From positions 4,402,001-4,466,000 of the forward strand of contig CDPCPM010000060.1 of the NCBI GenBank assembly GCA_976551045.1: DNA of 64,000 nucleotides, given 5' to 3'. This DNA is from Glaucostegus cemiculus. Lineage: Eukaryota. The position numbers and the translations under genes were made by a program. Positions 38,641-52,904 of this stretch are shown here, one piece after another (the first letter of the stretch is position 1; each line of letters starts with the position of its first letter). Below the pieces are notes generated by a model. The model saw nothing but the letters and a program-made list of their open reading frames with translations. It was not told where the DNA came from and did no database searches.

Positions 38641-41364
38641 TAGGGACTGGCACATTCCAAGTTTTGGACCGATGTACTATGGGACACATTGAAATATGTG
38701 CAGCTGCTGCAAAGGTTCCATGGGGAAAAGTCACAGTTTAAGATCCTGCTGTCTTTGCACACTTGGGCTGGATCCCATGTGAAAAACCTCAGACTGTTTG
38801 CTCAACGAATATATGTAAATTAAAAATTGATGTCAACCTGATGGAAGTAAATAAGATGAAATGGCAATGACAATGCATTATATATTTGCAAATGTTAGGA
38901 GTAAAATATACTTAAACAACATGCTTAGCCAAAGATAGAAGTCCTGGATGACTTCTGACTTCTCTCTCTGCTGTTGAACTCAGTATTGAATTCAGCAGTA
39001 CAGCTGGAAGTCAGATGTGGCGGCATCTGACCTGGAGGTCATTGAGTCCAATTGGAGGTCAGAAACATCTTGAAGAAGGCAGGGGCACTTCACAATTAGT
39101 CCCATGATATGCTAGTGGGGACTGTTGTGAACATGGTTACTTCATCTATCTCATTGCCAACTCTATGTAATAAGGTAAGTGCAGGTAAGTGAGGTATCTT
39201 ACCTTATTTTCCTGCATTTTAAACTTTTTTGTTTTTTTTTAGTATTTTATGGTATTGAGGCTTAGTCACCACTTAGACTCTGCTTTATCTCACATCTTAG
39301 GTACACAGGGTCAACACATTCAGCTGGAAAAGGTAAGTCTGGGCAGGCAGGCGCTGTGGCAGTAAGTCAAGGCAGGGGACGGCCCAGCCCAGTGACAGCC
39401 CAGTGTCAGTGCACAGCTGTTTCAATTGGACTGACACAAAAGTGGCTGTACAGCCAAAGGTCCTTGGCCTGATCTGACATCAGAACACACCAAAGGCAGG
39501 CTAAACAAGACAGCCCAATGCATCTGCTGGGCACCTTATCAACTATTTTTAATGTTATAAAAATGAAACATCCACGTCACCTGCTAACATTTACAAACCA
39601 AGTTGCCAGATCAACAAACCTCCACAGAAATGTGGCAATTAGCTTTTTTCATTATCTAGTGAAAATTTAGCATGAAACCATGTTCTCTATATTATTGCTT
39701 CTTGCGTCTTGGATGTCATTCCATTGTCAAACACCAAATCATGAAAAGTGAACTAGATAGTATTTAAACTACCTATCTTTTTTCCTCTTGGATTGGCTGT
39801 GCTTAGTTTGGATCAATCCCTTGTAACTGAATCATTTTGTCATATCAGCAAAGAGGCAGCCAAGTATTTGGCTCAATCACTTCGGGAGTGGCCTAGGAAA
39901 GGGATATCTCTCTCGTGACTTTTTAAGAGGGGAACTCATTTCTTTCAGTTGCTTTGTGGGGACAAAGTGCCAAATATATTGAAGAAAACCCACAGAACAC
40001 AATAGAGCCATTATTCAGTATTCACTGTTTCCTATTTTTAATAGATTGACATAAAAAAACTACTCTGCACTGAAATTATTACAAAGTTTGGTCAGCATCT
40101 GCTTGTACCTGGAATGTGATTGCTGAGAAGTTGCTGCATTTTAATAGGAATGTTTTGTTGATTTATTTTTCCGCTCATTCAATCTAGTTTTGTAATCCCA
40201 ACAGTGTATGCTGACAAAAGCCACACTGTCTTTTGTAGCAATCGACAACAGTGGAATATAATAAACAGAGCTTGTAAAGCAAAATACACTAGACAGCTAA
40301 AGCTTTACAAAGCCTCTATTCAGAGACCGTCAATCTGGACTGGCTCCAATGCACGATGTTTGCAGAACCAGACCACAATATTTTATACAGGCCCCGCCAC
40401 AAACTCTGCTTTCACCAATTTCCCAGCTATTGTCTGAGGCTGAACAAGACTGCAACCCTGGTGTTATATTTGAAACCACTTATTCCGGCCATCACTACTG
40501 CCCTTTTACATCACTGTATTGTTGCTCATCTCTGGTCCTGCTTGGTTAATCCATGCTGAAATGCTCACCTGTGCCTTTGGTACCTCCAGAATTCGTTATT
40601 TCAAATGCACCACCCAGCATAGAAGTGAGAAGCCCACAAAGATAAATGACATTTGCTGAGAAATTCAACCCGGTCGGTCATGCTTAATATACTTTTAAGG
40701 TAGCAACATCGTTTACTTCACTCTTCAAATTGCAGTTGATGGACTGCATCCTGTAGTTATGGTAAAATGCATTGGCACATAACATGACCGAAAGGGGCTG
40801 AATTTCTAGTGATGCTTTTATTGTTTGTCTATGGCCCCAGGTAGATCATGGCATTCCCTGCCCCTCCTATCCCTCTGTTATCAGTCCTCCAGCTAATCCC
40901 ATAGACACTTGCTTGGCAGGCACATGGGCCTTGTTATATTATGTAATCCTTACCACTACCTGCTGCTCAGAATAGACAGGAAGTCAATCCCTGATGGTAA
41001 AATGAGGCCCAGTAATTAAAGTACTCATTTCTTTTTTATTTTGATTAGGTGAAGTTTGTGCTGAATTTATAACTGGCCCACCAGAATTGTTCATTGGTTA
41101 ACGATGCCAGCGTTTTGTATAGATCTAAAACCAGTATTGGATTCAAATATACTTCCAATTCTTAAGGATATTTCCCTCAAATCAACCTAATTCTGCTTTC
41201 ACAAATTGTCTCTAAATTACCATTTTATTACAACAAATATATTCAATCACTTTAACAATTTGAAGTTCAAAACATCAACACATGGTAGACATTTTAATAC
41301 CTGCATATTTGAAAGAATGCTTTTTTTTGTTTTGAATTAAGTGGATATTAAATGAGCTTTTACA

Positions 41365-41600
41365 AGGAAAGGCATGCATTTATAAAGCATATCTCACAAC
41401 TGCAGGAAGTCCCAAAGTGTGTTACAGAGAATAAGTTGTAAACATGAAAATGAAGTTGACAATTTGAACACAACACTATCCCACAATCAGGAATCTGATA
41501 ATGACTAGATAAAATGACTTACTAATTCTGCTTATGGGATAAAACTTATCCAGGGCCACAGTATCTTTTTTACCCACCTACAAGGCCAGATAGAACCTTT
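41365..41600 (-). mobile_element. Deu-domain SINE 3' half, decayed
   Basis: TGCATTTATAAAGCAT...GTCCCAAAGTGTGTTACAG...TCCCACAATCAG...ATAATGACTAGATAA; same pattern as 2600-2800. Confidence 0.6.
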
Positions 41601-43379
41601 AATTATATAGGTGTTGATGTTAGTTACACTGTTATCCAGGGTAATATTAACTGATGCAGCAAAGAGTTTCACTAGATATCAGTTGAGGTTGGCATCATTG
41701 GGTGATACTTAAATAAGCTCTTGGTCTCATCTGGATGGCAAGACTCAATATAATTTAAAAGCCTGATTCAATGATTGATGTGCTTTTATGCTTTTCTCAC
41801 TGCACACAGGATTGTTTTCATTTCTATTCCTGAACATTTTAAGACATATTAAAATATATATTTGTAAGGTAAAATTTGTACTTCTAATATTACATAGTTT
41901 CAGAGGAAACAGCATGGATTTATTTCCAAATTGGCTTATTGCAGTATCCTGCATAGGACAAATCAGTTTTAAGTGAAATCCGTTTGCAAATTATTCAAGG
42001 ATAATGCCACACATGGACATGGTATTGTTACAGGGAATTTATGTTTCACTGAAGGAATAACCTGGATTTGCATTCACACCTCCAAACAAAGTCAGTTTCT
42101 GATCTTACCCAGAAACACCAGGTGACACAGTCAGTCTGCCACAGTAAACCAAAATGGCATGCATGTCATTGAAACTTTCACTCTCCCTCTTCCAAATACA
42201 CCGACTATTATCTGCCTTCCAAGCTGAACTTCTTCCACAATCTTGTCTTTGGCATACCATTTAATTTACGTTCACCACATGGTATATCACTACCTTTACC
42301 TTGTAACTGATCCTCAGTTCTACAAGATGAACATGTTCTGTTGACTCAAAATCAGGTCTGTCATAGAAACCCACTGAGGTTCAGTTCCTCCTGTTTGTAG
42401 CTTCAGCTACTGAACATATAAGAACTGATCCACACTGCCGTCTATTTCTTTACACAGCATTAGGTCCCAGAATTGCAAGAGTTTTGGGGCAGATCTTTCA
42501 TTACCTGGCTGTCTAGTCCTGGGCCACAGCCTGTCCCTGTATGGTCCCCTGTGCATGGGCCAATGCAGTACTGGGGCCAACAGCATGCAATACTCACCGA
42601 ATGGGGCTTTGGCAGCCAGTGACCCTTGCCATCTGTCTTGCGGACTGTCAAAACCATCAGTGAGATCAGATCCATGGAATAATTGTGCAAGCTGACATTC
42701 ATAAACAGTTGATAACACATGAGATATGTTAAAAAGAAAAATACTGTTGAAAAAGCAATTATATTTTTATATTGCTTTTCATGTACTAATGACATATTCA
42801 ATTCAAATCATTGAAACTAACAAATAAAAAATAAAAATGTAACTACTTCCCTTTATCCTGGGGTCCTTGTCACCCATTTAGTTGAACAGGTAATGTTGTG
42901 GTTAATCCCATGAGATGCAAATTCAGCAGAAAGATTTTCCAGCCTTCAAGCTGGGCAGCAAGTGGAAAGATGTACCATTCCATTGGTCCTCATTAAGAGT
43001 TCATCAATGGAGCACAGAGTCAGCCACCCTGGGTGGCAGCAGGACAGAAGTTCCTGCCACCAGCTGCAGAAACCAGGACTGAGAAGAGGAGGGGTAAAGA
43101 AGGGGAGAGACAAGTGGAGGGGGTAGTGGATGACAGAGGGGGAAAGGGGAGTGGGGGAAAGATGGAGAATGAAAGAGAATGTTTCATGCTGATGATCTTC
43201 CATCAGATGTACTGCTAAGATATGGGAATATAAAAGAGGAAATAGAGGGCAGACATGTGGCGGGGTGGAAGAGATACCTCTCCTTACATTGAACTTCACT
43301 GGAACAGTAGGAAACACTGAGGACAAGGAGGGCAAAGGAGGAGTGGAGCAGAAAATTAAAATGACAACACCAGAGGTTT

Positions 43380-43950
43380 GCAGTGTGTATGGTGATAATG
43401 TAGAAACTGGTCACCCAATCTGTAGCAGGTTCCCCGTCTGGTGCATAAGTTGGTGTATGCCTATGCTTCTTTCATTTCATTGCAAGTTGCTGTTTCATCT
43501 GGAAGGTGTGTGGCCCTGGGTGGTGGGTTGGAGGAGGTAATGCAACAGGTGTTGGGTCTCATGCACTTACACAGGAAGGTGCTGTGGGAGGGGAGAGGAG
43601 GGGTTGTCAATGGTGATTGAGGGTGGACTCAGATGTCTTGGGAGAAATCTCTCTGCAGAATACTGAGGGGGTTGGGGGAGGAAGAGAATATGTTTAATTG
43701 TTAATGACACTGGAGATGTAGGGAATTGCAGTGGTGGTGGAAGGTAAAGATAAGAGGAACCCTGTTCAGGTTCTGGGAGGGAAAGGGAGAGGTGAAGGCA
43801 GAGGTATGGGCAATGTAATGAATGTAGTTGAGGGCTCTATCATCCAAGGAGCTGCAACGTTCACTCTCCTCTTTCCATAAATGTTTGACCTGTGCAGTAC
43901 TTTCAGCATTTTCTATTTTCACTTCAGTTTTCCAGCATCTTCAGTTTTTT
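43380..43950 (-). mobile_element. Penelope-like remnant plus terminal-repeat fragment
   Basis: 43500-43830 is homologous to 580-950; it ends with TTCAGCATTTTCTATTTTCACTTCAGTTTTCCAGCATCT. Confidence 0.6.
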
Positions 43951-44039
43951 TTTTATTTTTTTGTAATAAACTAGAGAATTTGGCTTAGCTCCCATTTGAA
44001 ATCACTGTTAACAAAATATCTGGATATAAAATCTGATTA

Positions 44040-44278
44040 TCAGTAAAATTGACCATGAAATGATCAGATTGTCATGGTTCACTGATATCCTTAAGGGAAA
44101 GAAATCTGCCATCCTTACCAAGCTGGTTTGATATGTGAATTTAGTGCCACATGGTCGACTCTTAACTGCTCTCTGAAGTGCCCATGCAAGCTATTCTGTT
44201 GTAATAAACTGCAATCCAATTGATTAAGCAATCTTAACCACCTTCTCACAGGCCTTGCCAGCTTCCTGAGAATTAAGT
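44040..44278 (+). mobile_element. SINE-like remnant sharing its 3' end with the 16.7/21.4 kb LINE family
   Basis: TGGTTCACTGATATCCTTAAGGGAAAGAAATCTGCCATCCTTACC...GACTCTTAACTGCTCTCTGAAG...ACCACCTTCTCA...GGCCTTGCCAG. Confidence 0.55.
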
Positions 44279-47200
44279 AAAGTTATAATTGAGTATAATA
44301 AATTCTGTTATTACAATCTATTATGTAAAAATATAAAGGCATGGACATGTTTTGTCACCAGTTGTGCATTTCCAGGTTCCTGACCACAACACTACATCCC
44401 AGAGACTGCATGAAATGTCAAGGCTTATGTCTTATTTCCTTCTGACTGCAGTCCAAACATTGATCATAGAGTTTCCGATATAAAGAATGTGATATGATTT
44501 TTGATTGTCAAGACATTTAATTAATTTCCTGACAAGGGGGAAATAGATAATTACCAAATTATTAGAATCACATCTTTCATTAGCATATGATCTATTTGTA
44601 CACTCAGAATCTCTGTTTCTCAATTATGCCATCATTTTAATTCAAGTAAACACTTCATAAGTAATTCTTTCATTATTCTTTCTATGTCAAGGCAATCCAA
44701 AGTGCCAAAATATGATATGTTTGCTGACCATCTCTTTTTATTATTGATAAAAGGATAAAGGAGAAACTGTTAATATGGCTAGTGGTAGGTCTGTCTCTTC
44801 CTAAGTAGCTGACTCAAACTGAAACTAGTAGGAAGAACTTGCATCAAAAGAGACAAGGAGTAAATAACAGGAAAAGAAAACAAAAATATCACTACCCTAA
44901 AAATGACTTGCTTCATCAATGATTTTTCAAAGGACCCAGCATCACTTCATTTTGAGTTAAGTTTGTCTTCCACTCACTAATGATACAGATTTTTACAGCA
45001 AATTTTGCTTTCTGTTACTTATTAGCATTGAATATATGGTGCCCCATCAATGAGAAACACATCAATCATCCAAACTTCAATGAAAGCATGCTGTGCTGAA
45101 TCTAATGTTGCATAATGTGAGTAAGTAACTTGATGAGTTTAATTTAAAATTATAAATCCCTTTGGTATAGTAAATAATACATGCAGTGCTTGACCCTGGT
45201 ATGTGATGTCATTACAGAATGCTCTAATGACTGAAAATATTTTAGAATCCATTGATCACCTGCCACCAACCACCACACTCTTCAACCCTGCTTCTCCAGT
45301 TTCACCACTGACCTTTGGACAAATTAATTAACTCAGGAGACACTAGTCAAAGCCAGGAGTGGAAAGCCATTCTGTCAAAGCGTTCAAGCTAACATCTTTG
45401 GACATTTTGTGGACATAATCCTTTTATTTGCACTTAGGAAAAGAACACTCACATAATACAGTCTAAAATGCAACAATCTCTGAAACACTTGTGTGCATTA
45501 CCCATTTCAAAGGGTTGTGTTTGTTAATTAAGACAATTATTTGTTCAATTTATGTAATTGAGGTTAAAATGTGAAAATTAGTTTGTTTCACTTTTGAATA
45601 GATTGACTGCATCATTTATTGAAGCAGACCCTTCAGGCTCAACTTACCTAAGGCCCACATTGTTAAAGATGACCACCTTTGTGACAAACACCTTGTTGGT
45701 TATTCTATGGTAATGCATTGCAATACAGACTAAATTTCTGAAATTATCACCTTATCACAAGACAAAGCTGTGTTTCAAACACAAGATTAACTCCCTTACA
45801 GTATGGCAAGTTTAACAAGCACATACATAGTCCATACACATCAGGAAGATCTCAGATTGGTTAGTTGATCTCAGCTCGACAGCAGGAGCATTTCACTTAG
45901 ACCCTGCAGCCCTGAATTGAAACAGCAAAGTATTCCTCCTCTGTTCATTGTCCAATGACACACCTGCTAAAAGTGGGAAGGTGAGAGGGCAACAGTGACA
46001 GGTTGGGGGTCAGACAGGAAAGGATCAGCCAAATGCAGTTGAATAACCTGTTGACACTCAATAAAAAGGATCACTTGGACAAAGTCATGGAGGTCCTTAA
46101 AAGATAAGACAAGAAAATGGGTGAAACAGGAATACCAGAAAGATGCACATTCACAGATTGATCATTTTATTTTGTATATAGAGAAACATTGAAATTGATA
46201 TTTATGGTAACAACAGAAAATCTATGGTCACTGATGTATCATTAACCAAGCAGTTAAAAGGCAGCACTTTTAAACTCTTAAACACAAATGCTACAGACTT
46301 AATGTCAAAGCTTAGTCTTATTCACTGTTCATCAGCATAAAGGCTCAGCATTGAACAGATGCTTCTCGTTCTGTGCCAGTCTGCTCCTGTCTGACTGTTT
46401 CATAACATCCTTGAGTCCTGGTATGAAAGGTTAGTTAGTGCTAATACCCCATGTGTTTGCTAATGTAATAGAAAACTCATATAATAAATATTCATTAAGC
46501 CCACAAAAAAATCTGAAAGGACTAGCTTTTCAAGAGCAATAAGGGAGTCTTTTTTAAGGACAAGAATCAGTCCCCTATCTTCTTTATAGTGCAGACCATT
46601 TATTCCATGTTAAAAATCTGCCTTCCTCATTGTTAAATCACATGCTTCTCATAATCCTGGACAAGAAAAAGCTTGTCATCTCATAAGCAATCTCTCAGAA
46701 TCCAGACAAGTTGCCAGCTCCTGGAGTGGTCAGCAGCTTCCTAGAGTGGGACAGCTGCCAACTCCCAACCACACCCCAGGGCCTTGGTACACATGAGCTA
46801 AGAGGGAAGTACTCCTGCAGACCTGTTTACACATATGCACTTCCAACCTGGTTCCAACTGGCAACTCCCAAAGAGCCTGGCTTGATTCGCACAAATGCGG
46901 AGTGGCTTCAGGCTAAATTCGAGAAATCAAAGGCAGGATGTGATTAATCAATCCATGTTTGGTCAACTATGCACAGTAGGTTTATTAGGGTAAGTTTGTT
47001 TTTATTTTCTTTGTGTACTGTGTCCAGGTTGCAGCCTACTATGCCAAGGATGACTATCCTGTTACCAGCAGGCACAATATATGAAATATTTAACATATCC
47101 ATGGCCTGTTTTTTGCTATTAATATCCTAAAAGTAATAACATTATAAATTGTGCTGTTTCAGATGATGATAAAAGATGTTGCAAGAGACCACTTGTAGGG

Positions 47201-50200
47201 ACCATTGCTGGTTGTCCTTTCCTTCCCTATGGCAATGTTAGTCCAGTTGAGTTTCTAGTCAATGGTGAACTCAAGTGCTGACAGTGGGGCACAGATTGAT
47301 AGGATTGCCCTTGAACATCCACGTTAAGTGGTTAGTTTATCTCTTGTTGGAGATGGTCATTACCTGCCACAGTAGGGTGTGAATGCTATCTGCCACTTAC
47401 CAATCTATGCCTAGAACTTGTGACATGCAGGCATGGGTTGCTTTATTTGCTGAGCAGTTGTGCATGGAATTGAGCATTGTGTAATTATTGTACAATAACT
47501 AAAGTTCTTCCACCTAAAGAATGGAACCTCTTCCATTTCTCATTCCCCCGTAAGTGTAAAGACTTTTAAAGCTCAGACTTGATAACATCAAATCCACTTT
47601 AATTGTCTGCATTCCTCTGCTTTGAAACCTTGGTGGCGTCTGGCAATGTTGCTTTCTTTTATTGATTTTTTTAATGAATTACAACACAATATTTGTTGTG
47701 ACAGTGAAGGAGCCACATAGACACTGAAGCTATAGATGTAAAAGACATTCAGCATGACAAGCAGGCATTCTGGAGAATCGCTCTTTCTTGGAGGCACTCT
47801 GTAGAAACTCTGGGAATCTTCTAAACCTCAAATTTCATTAGGTTCTTAAGAACAAAAATCATAGCAGGTGTTTCAGTGTGATTATAATAGTTGCAATAAC
47901 ATAGTTTACTTCAGTTTTTGGGGTGAAGACAAGAGATCATTCGAATTACATATTTAAAATAGGGGCACAACTTAACTGACAAGATACCTCTGAATATTCA
48001 AACATCTTTATTGGGTCAAAGTGATTCACATGGAAAGTGTAAAAGCTTCTAGGGACAGAATCCCCAGAGAATCAAAATTAGTGTTGTTTGGGCTAACTCT
48101 CTGGATACACAAATACCTCAGTTTTTGATTGCTTAGCTGAAGGTGTTTGATGCCTGGTTTGATGTCGGCCAATTAACATTGTATGTTTGGCCAATGCATG
48201 TGAGAGTGGTGTCCCATGCTCGTGTCAGTTTTCAAAACATATCTCTTGAGCAGCCTCCTGCTGTGCGTCAGCAGTCCGCTCTCTCTAGACAGTGGTTCAA
48301 CACTGATTGTAATTTATATTTTGAAATAGTTGATAAGGACTGGTTCTTGTTTGTATTAGTGGCTACTATACAGTATCTCAAACTTTATACTTTGACTATG
48401 GCTGCTTTGCCCTTAATAGCATTCACAATTGCATTGAATGATCCTGAAAAATTGTTTTACATTTGGCCAAAATATTCTACAAAGCACTTGTGATCACTCC
48501 AATCAAATGAAGGTGTCCGAACACATCAGCAATTCGACAAATTGAGAACACTGAAGATTTGTGAAGATTGGAACTATTTATTGCTAAATAAAGCTTTGAT
48601 AAATCATGGTAAAACAATAATAAAGATACGCACTGCATATTTTTTTCCTCCAAAGGCAAGGATGTGGCAAGCTGCCATTGTCTCCATCACTGAGGCAAAC
48701 ATAGTTTTGTTAAAGACTGTAATCTTTATTAGAACTAATTAAAATCATTGCCAAGATCACACTCACTGTTTTTACTTTGAATATAAATTGGTTTGAGGGA
48801 AGTATTTCTTGCAGTTATTATTGTAGCACTTCAACTACCATTTCAGAATGCTTATTACAAAGCAGACTTTCTTTGAGTGGTTTTCTCTATTTAATGAGAT
48901 CGTCAAAAAGGCCAACGGTGATAAAACAGCTCAGGGCAACAACTATCAATGCTAATTAGGATTGGCCATGGAACTTTGAGATCACTAATCCCATAATTCT
49001 CATGATTGGCAATAGTCAAGTGGACCAGCCTGGAAAAGCATGTGCCAGACATTTGCAATAAGTCGGTTTTGAGAAGCCCCTTAGTTCAGTACGAGAAGAT
49101 CCAACAAGAATAATTTGCTTGCTTTGTGTACTTGCTTAATGTCTCAAAGAAGCATCATAGCATTTCTTCCTTGAATCTCTTGTGATAGTTCATTAAATGA
49201 GAAATGGATTGAGTTGGACAGAAACATATTAAGGATGTTACATCTTCCTTTTAGTTAGTGGGGATCCACAAGAATTCTCCCCTCCCAAAGTTACATGTAG
49301 TATTAGAATACTTCTGACAAAACCATGCCTCCTGATATTTTCTGCTACATCATCTAGAACCATGTCGTCATTGAGCTAACACTGCACTTTCCCTTGGATT
49401 TGCTTTCCTAGTCTTCCAAGGGTGATTTTACTTCTATGAAATGGGCAGCTTTTGTTTAAACTTACATTATATGAAATAATGATGAATACACAACATGAAG
49501 CTACTATATTATTCAGCAAATGGGGTTCATGGTTTAAAGATGCACTGTTATCATGTCAACATTTGTCATCTTTTGTTTTTCTCATTTGCAAATGCATGAT
49601 GCCGATGCCATTCATTGAAACATTTCATTTACTCTGCACATCACTGACCAAAATAGCACATGGTTCTTCTAGCTCCTTTCCTGCATAATGCTAGCAATTG
49701 ATCAAGGAAGAAAAGTGTAGTTTAGGAAAGTTAGCTAGAATATAGTGTCCTTTTGAAAACCATTCTCACTTATTCACATTTATCAGTTCATTGCTTTTAA
49801 ATTTTAAGTGGTGAATGTTACTGCACTGCAAAGTTCTTTAGTTGTCATATTTTATCTGGTATGTACACTCATGCAAGTAGGTAATCTCTAAATTTCTCAA
49901 AGCAATTTTTTGGATATGCATTAAGTCTTTCCTGTTAAATTATACTAGTCAGTGTTATGATGTCATATTCAACCTAACTGCTGCTTTCACCTGTTTATGG
50001 TTCTTAACTCTTGTTATGTTTGCTATTGCCAAATGCAACCAAACTTAAGGACTTGATAACCCATTCATTTTCCTCAACCACCCTCACTTAGTTTGTATGG
50101 ATGCTTTATTTAGTTATACTTCTTGGGCCTCTGTACATTCCCAATATTATCCCCCTAAATCTTTCAACAATCCCATTTAGGTGCTAGAAATTATTTCTGC

Positions 50201-52904
50201 GGGAATTTTACATCATTTCTTAGCACACAAGATGCCATACCTTAACAATATTGTTTTACAGAAGTGAACAATTTCTGTAACACAACTACCTCAACTGCCA
50301 ACTTCAGGGATCTTTTGGCAATATTGTTAAATAGTTTAAATCAAAGTTTGGTGAAAGTCAAAAATACAGCATATGCTGGAAATGTTTGGTTGAATTATTT
50401 CTTCAGTTCATCATATGACATTAAATAATCAATATGTCACAAAATAAGTTTGGTAAAAAGTCATTCAGCCACTGGATTTCATTCCTCCAACATACATCTG
50501 CTCTTAAAAGTAAATACATGTTTCCTGAGAGAGTCATTTGGTATCTTAACCAAGTGCCAACTGGATTTTGATTGTTTGCACTCTTTTGCCTCTGGCTATC
50601 ATTGGATAAGACTTAATCCTGAGTTTATCTGAGGTTCATTACCACATGGACTCAGTTAATGGAGTGCTTGGACTAATGTAGCTGAATCAGCACAGAGCTC
50701 ATGTTGTATCTCAATGAACTTAACATCTAAACTGTGAGGAAGGTGACCCAAACAGGAAAGAGAGAAATCAGTATGCATGATAATCCCAAACATTTATATG
50801 AATGCAAATATCATTCAAAGAAATTGCTGTCAAAGCAGATAAGTTTTTCAAGTGAAATAGCTTTCATTTCTGACGATACTTAACCACAGGTAAGATTCAT
50901 TCATGGCTGTCCAATGCTAATCAGTGATTTTAATCTCTCAGGAAGACTGTTGAAATTACTTATATTATAAACATTACTGCACATCATTTTACATATAGAA
51001 AATTAAAAGTAAATTATATTCATTTAATACTTCCACTACATTGGTTATGTTCATCTGGAAAGCATGTTTATATCAGCATAATTAACTAAATGTAATCTAT
51101 TTTTGTCTGAAAAGAAATTGCTGCAGCAAATTAAAGAAAATCACAAATTAAGTTGTTATGTATAATATTTCTCCACACATCCAGTAAGATGAACATGATG
51201 CTTTAAAAACTTGTATAGATAGCTTTGTCAACCCATTAATATAATTTTGTAATACGTACTCAGCAATGAACAACAGTTCAAACTGCAATATAAAGATTTA
51301 ACACTCTGGTGCATGTCACATGATATTTTAATTACTTTAGTAATGAGGTCACAGTACAGTAGCAGATAATGGTCCGGATTTTGTGTTGAGAATAGTAATG
51401 AGGTTATTAGTGCTCACTGTTATTCTGGAGTAAATTGGACAGCAACTTCCAGAGTCCATATATTCTTAGTTAAACAGGAATATCTGGAAATTGCTGTTCA
51501 AGTTATCCAGCATCTCCATAGGGTATACTGTACCCTATTCATTGCTAAATCCAACATTGAAATTCATGTTAAGGACAATAAGTTGCTATATTTAATCCCT
51601 AATTTTCAACTAAGCATAGCAGACGAAGTTAACATGGTGCATTCAGGTGTAAGTGAATATTCAATGATATGATAATTTATAATTACTGCCAAACAACCAC
51701 TCTGCACTGAAAATTTAATTTTGCCACTGTGGAGTCTCTCATACTTTCAGACTTTAATTAGTGTTGGAGACTTTTTTAAAGACTAATTCTCCTTTACTTT
51801 ATCTTTCTGGCCTTTTAATCAGTCTCAATCACAGCTTTAAAAAAAATCTTTATTTTGTTTTCTGTACGTGATTAAAATCTAATGTGTTCTTCTCGAGTTA
51901 CACTGACTGGCACAGTGAGCAATGAATAGGTCTAATAAGGCATCGATTGCATGTGTGTATGCATTTTGTGGTTCTCATAGTGCCAGATGCAATATTTGTG
52001 AGGGTGTAAGTGTATATGCAATTGACATCCTCAAGAAGCAGGCAGAGTGGGCAGCTCATCACATGACTTAGCATGCAAAGATAATTTGATGCCAGTACTG
52101 CCATCTTAGAGCTGTGCCAGAGTTAACATTTTGAGCAATCATTCAGCCCCACAGACAATCTTTAAAGGGACCATCAGCTACTCACAGATCAGTTGCGTAT
52201 TGACTTCTATTGGCTCAAGTTACGTTTGTACTTTCTGGGGTTTGTTAAAGCTGAAGTTAGCAGGAAGCAGTGTAGCAGACACGGAAGGACATTGCCTCGA
52301 TTCCAAAGCTTCTGCACAGACCTGTTGTACCCTGTCATGGGCAGATTAGTGGGCATTGTCCTTAACTGGGGGAATAGGCAAAAGACGAGCAGGACACTGT
52401 ATTAGAAGGGGGAGAAAGAATCTTAGTGGGAAGCCCTAACCACCAAGGAGATTCAGGGAAAAAATACTCCTAATTTGAAACATGTGAGGAACAATATTCC
52501 AGAGGTCTACCCTTCAAAGTGAACATTTCTATCCATTAATGTTTCATTGATCTCACTTGTCAGCCATACACACTCCTCTAGTGACTTATGATCAACCATT
52601 CATATATTGCAGGGTTATAACATTATAAAGCATGTATATCTAATACATTGTTTTGCTGGTATTATTTGGCAGAATTTAAAATGAACTGACTTACCAATGG
52701 TTTTCTACCTGTGTTCCACCCATGATGGCTGTCAAATCCATGAAAGCTGATTTGGCTTTTACAAGATAAGCGACAGGAAATCAAAATAAAACAAGGGCTC
52801 TGACCGATGGCATAAGATTACATTGTGGCACATCCAGTCTGATTGGGGTTCCAGTGAGCTGGGGTTACGGAAGTCACCATCTGAGGAAATCCTTTACCCC
52901 AAAA

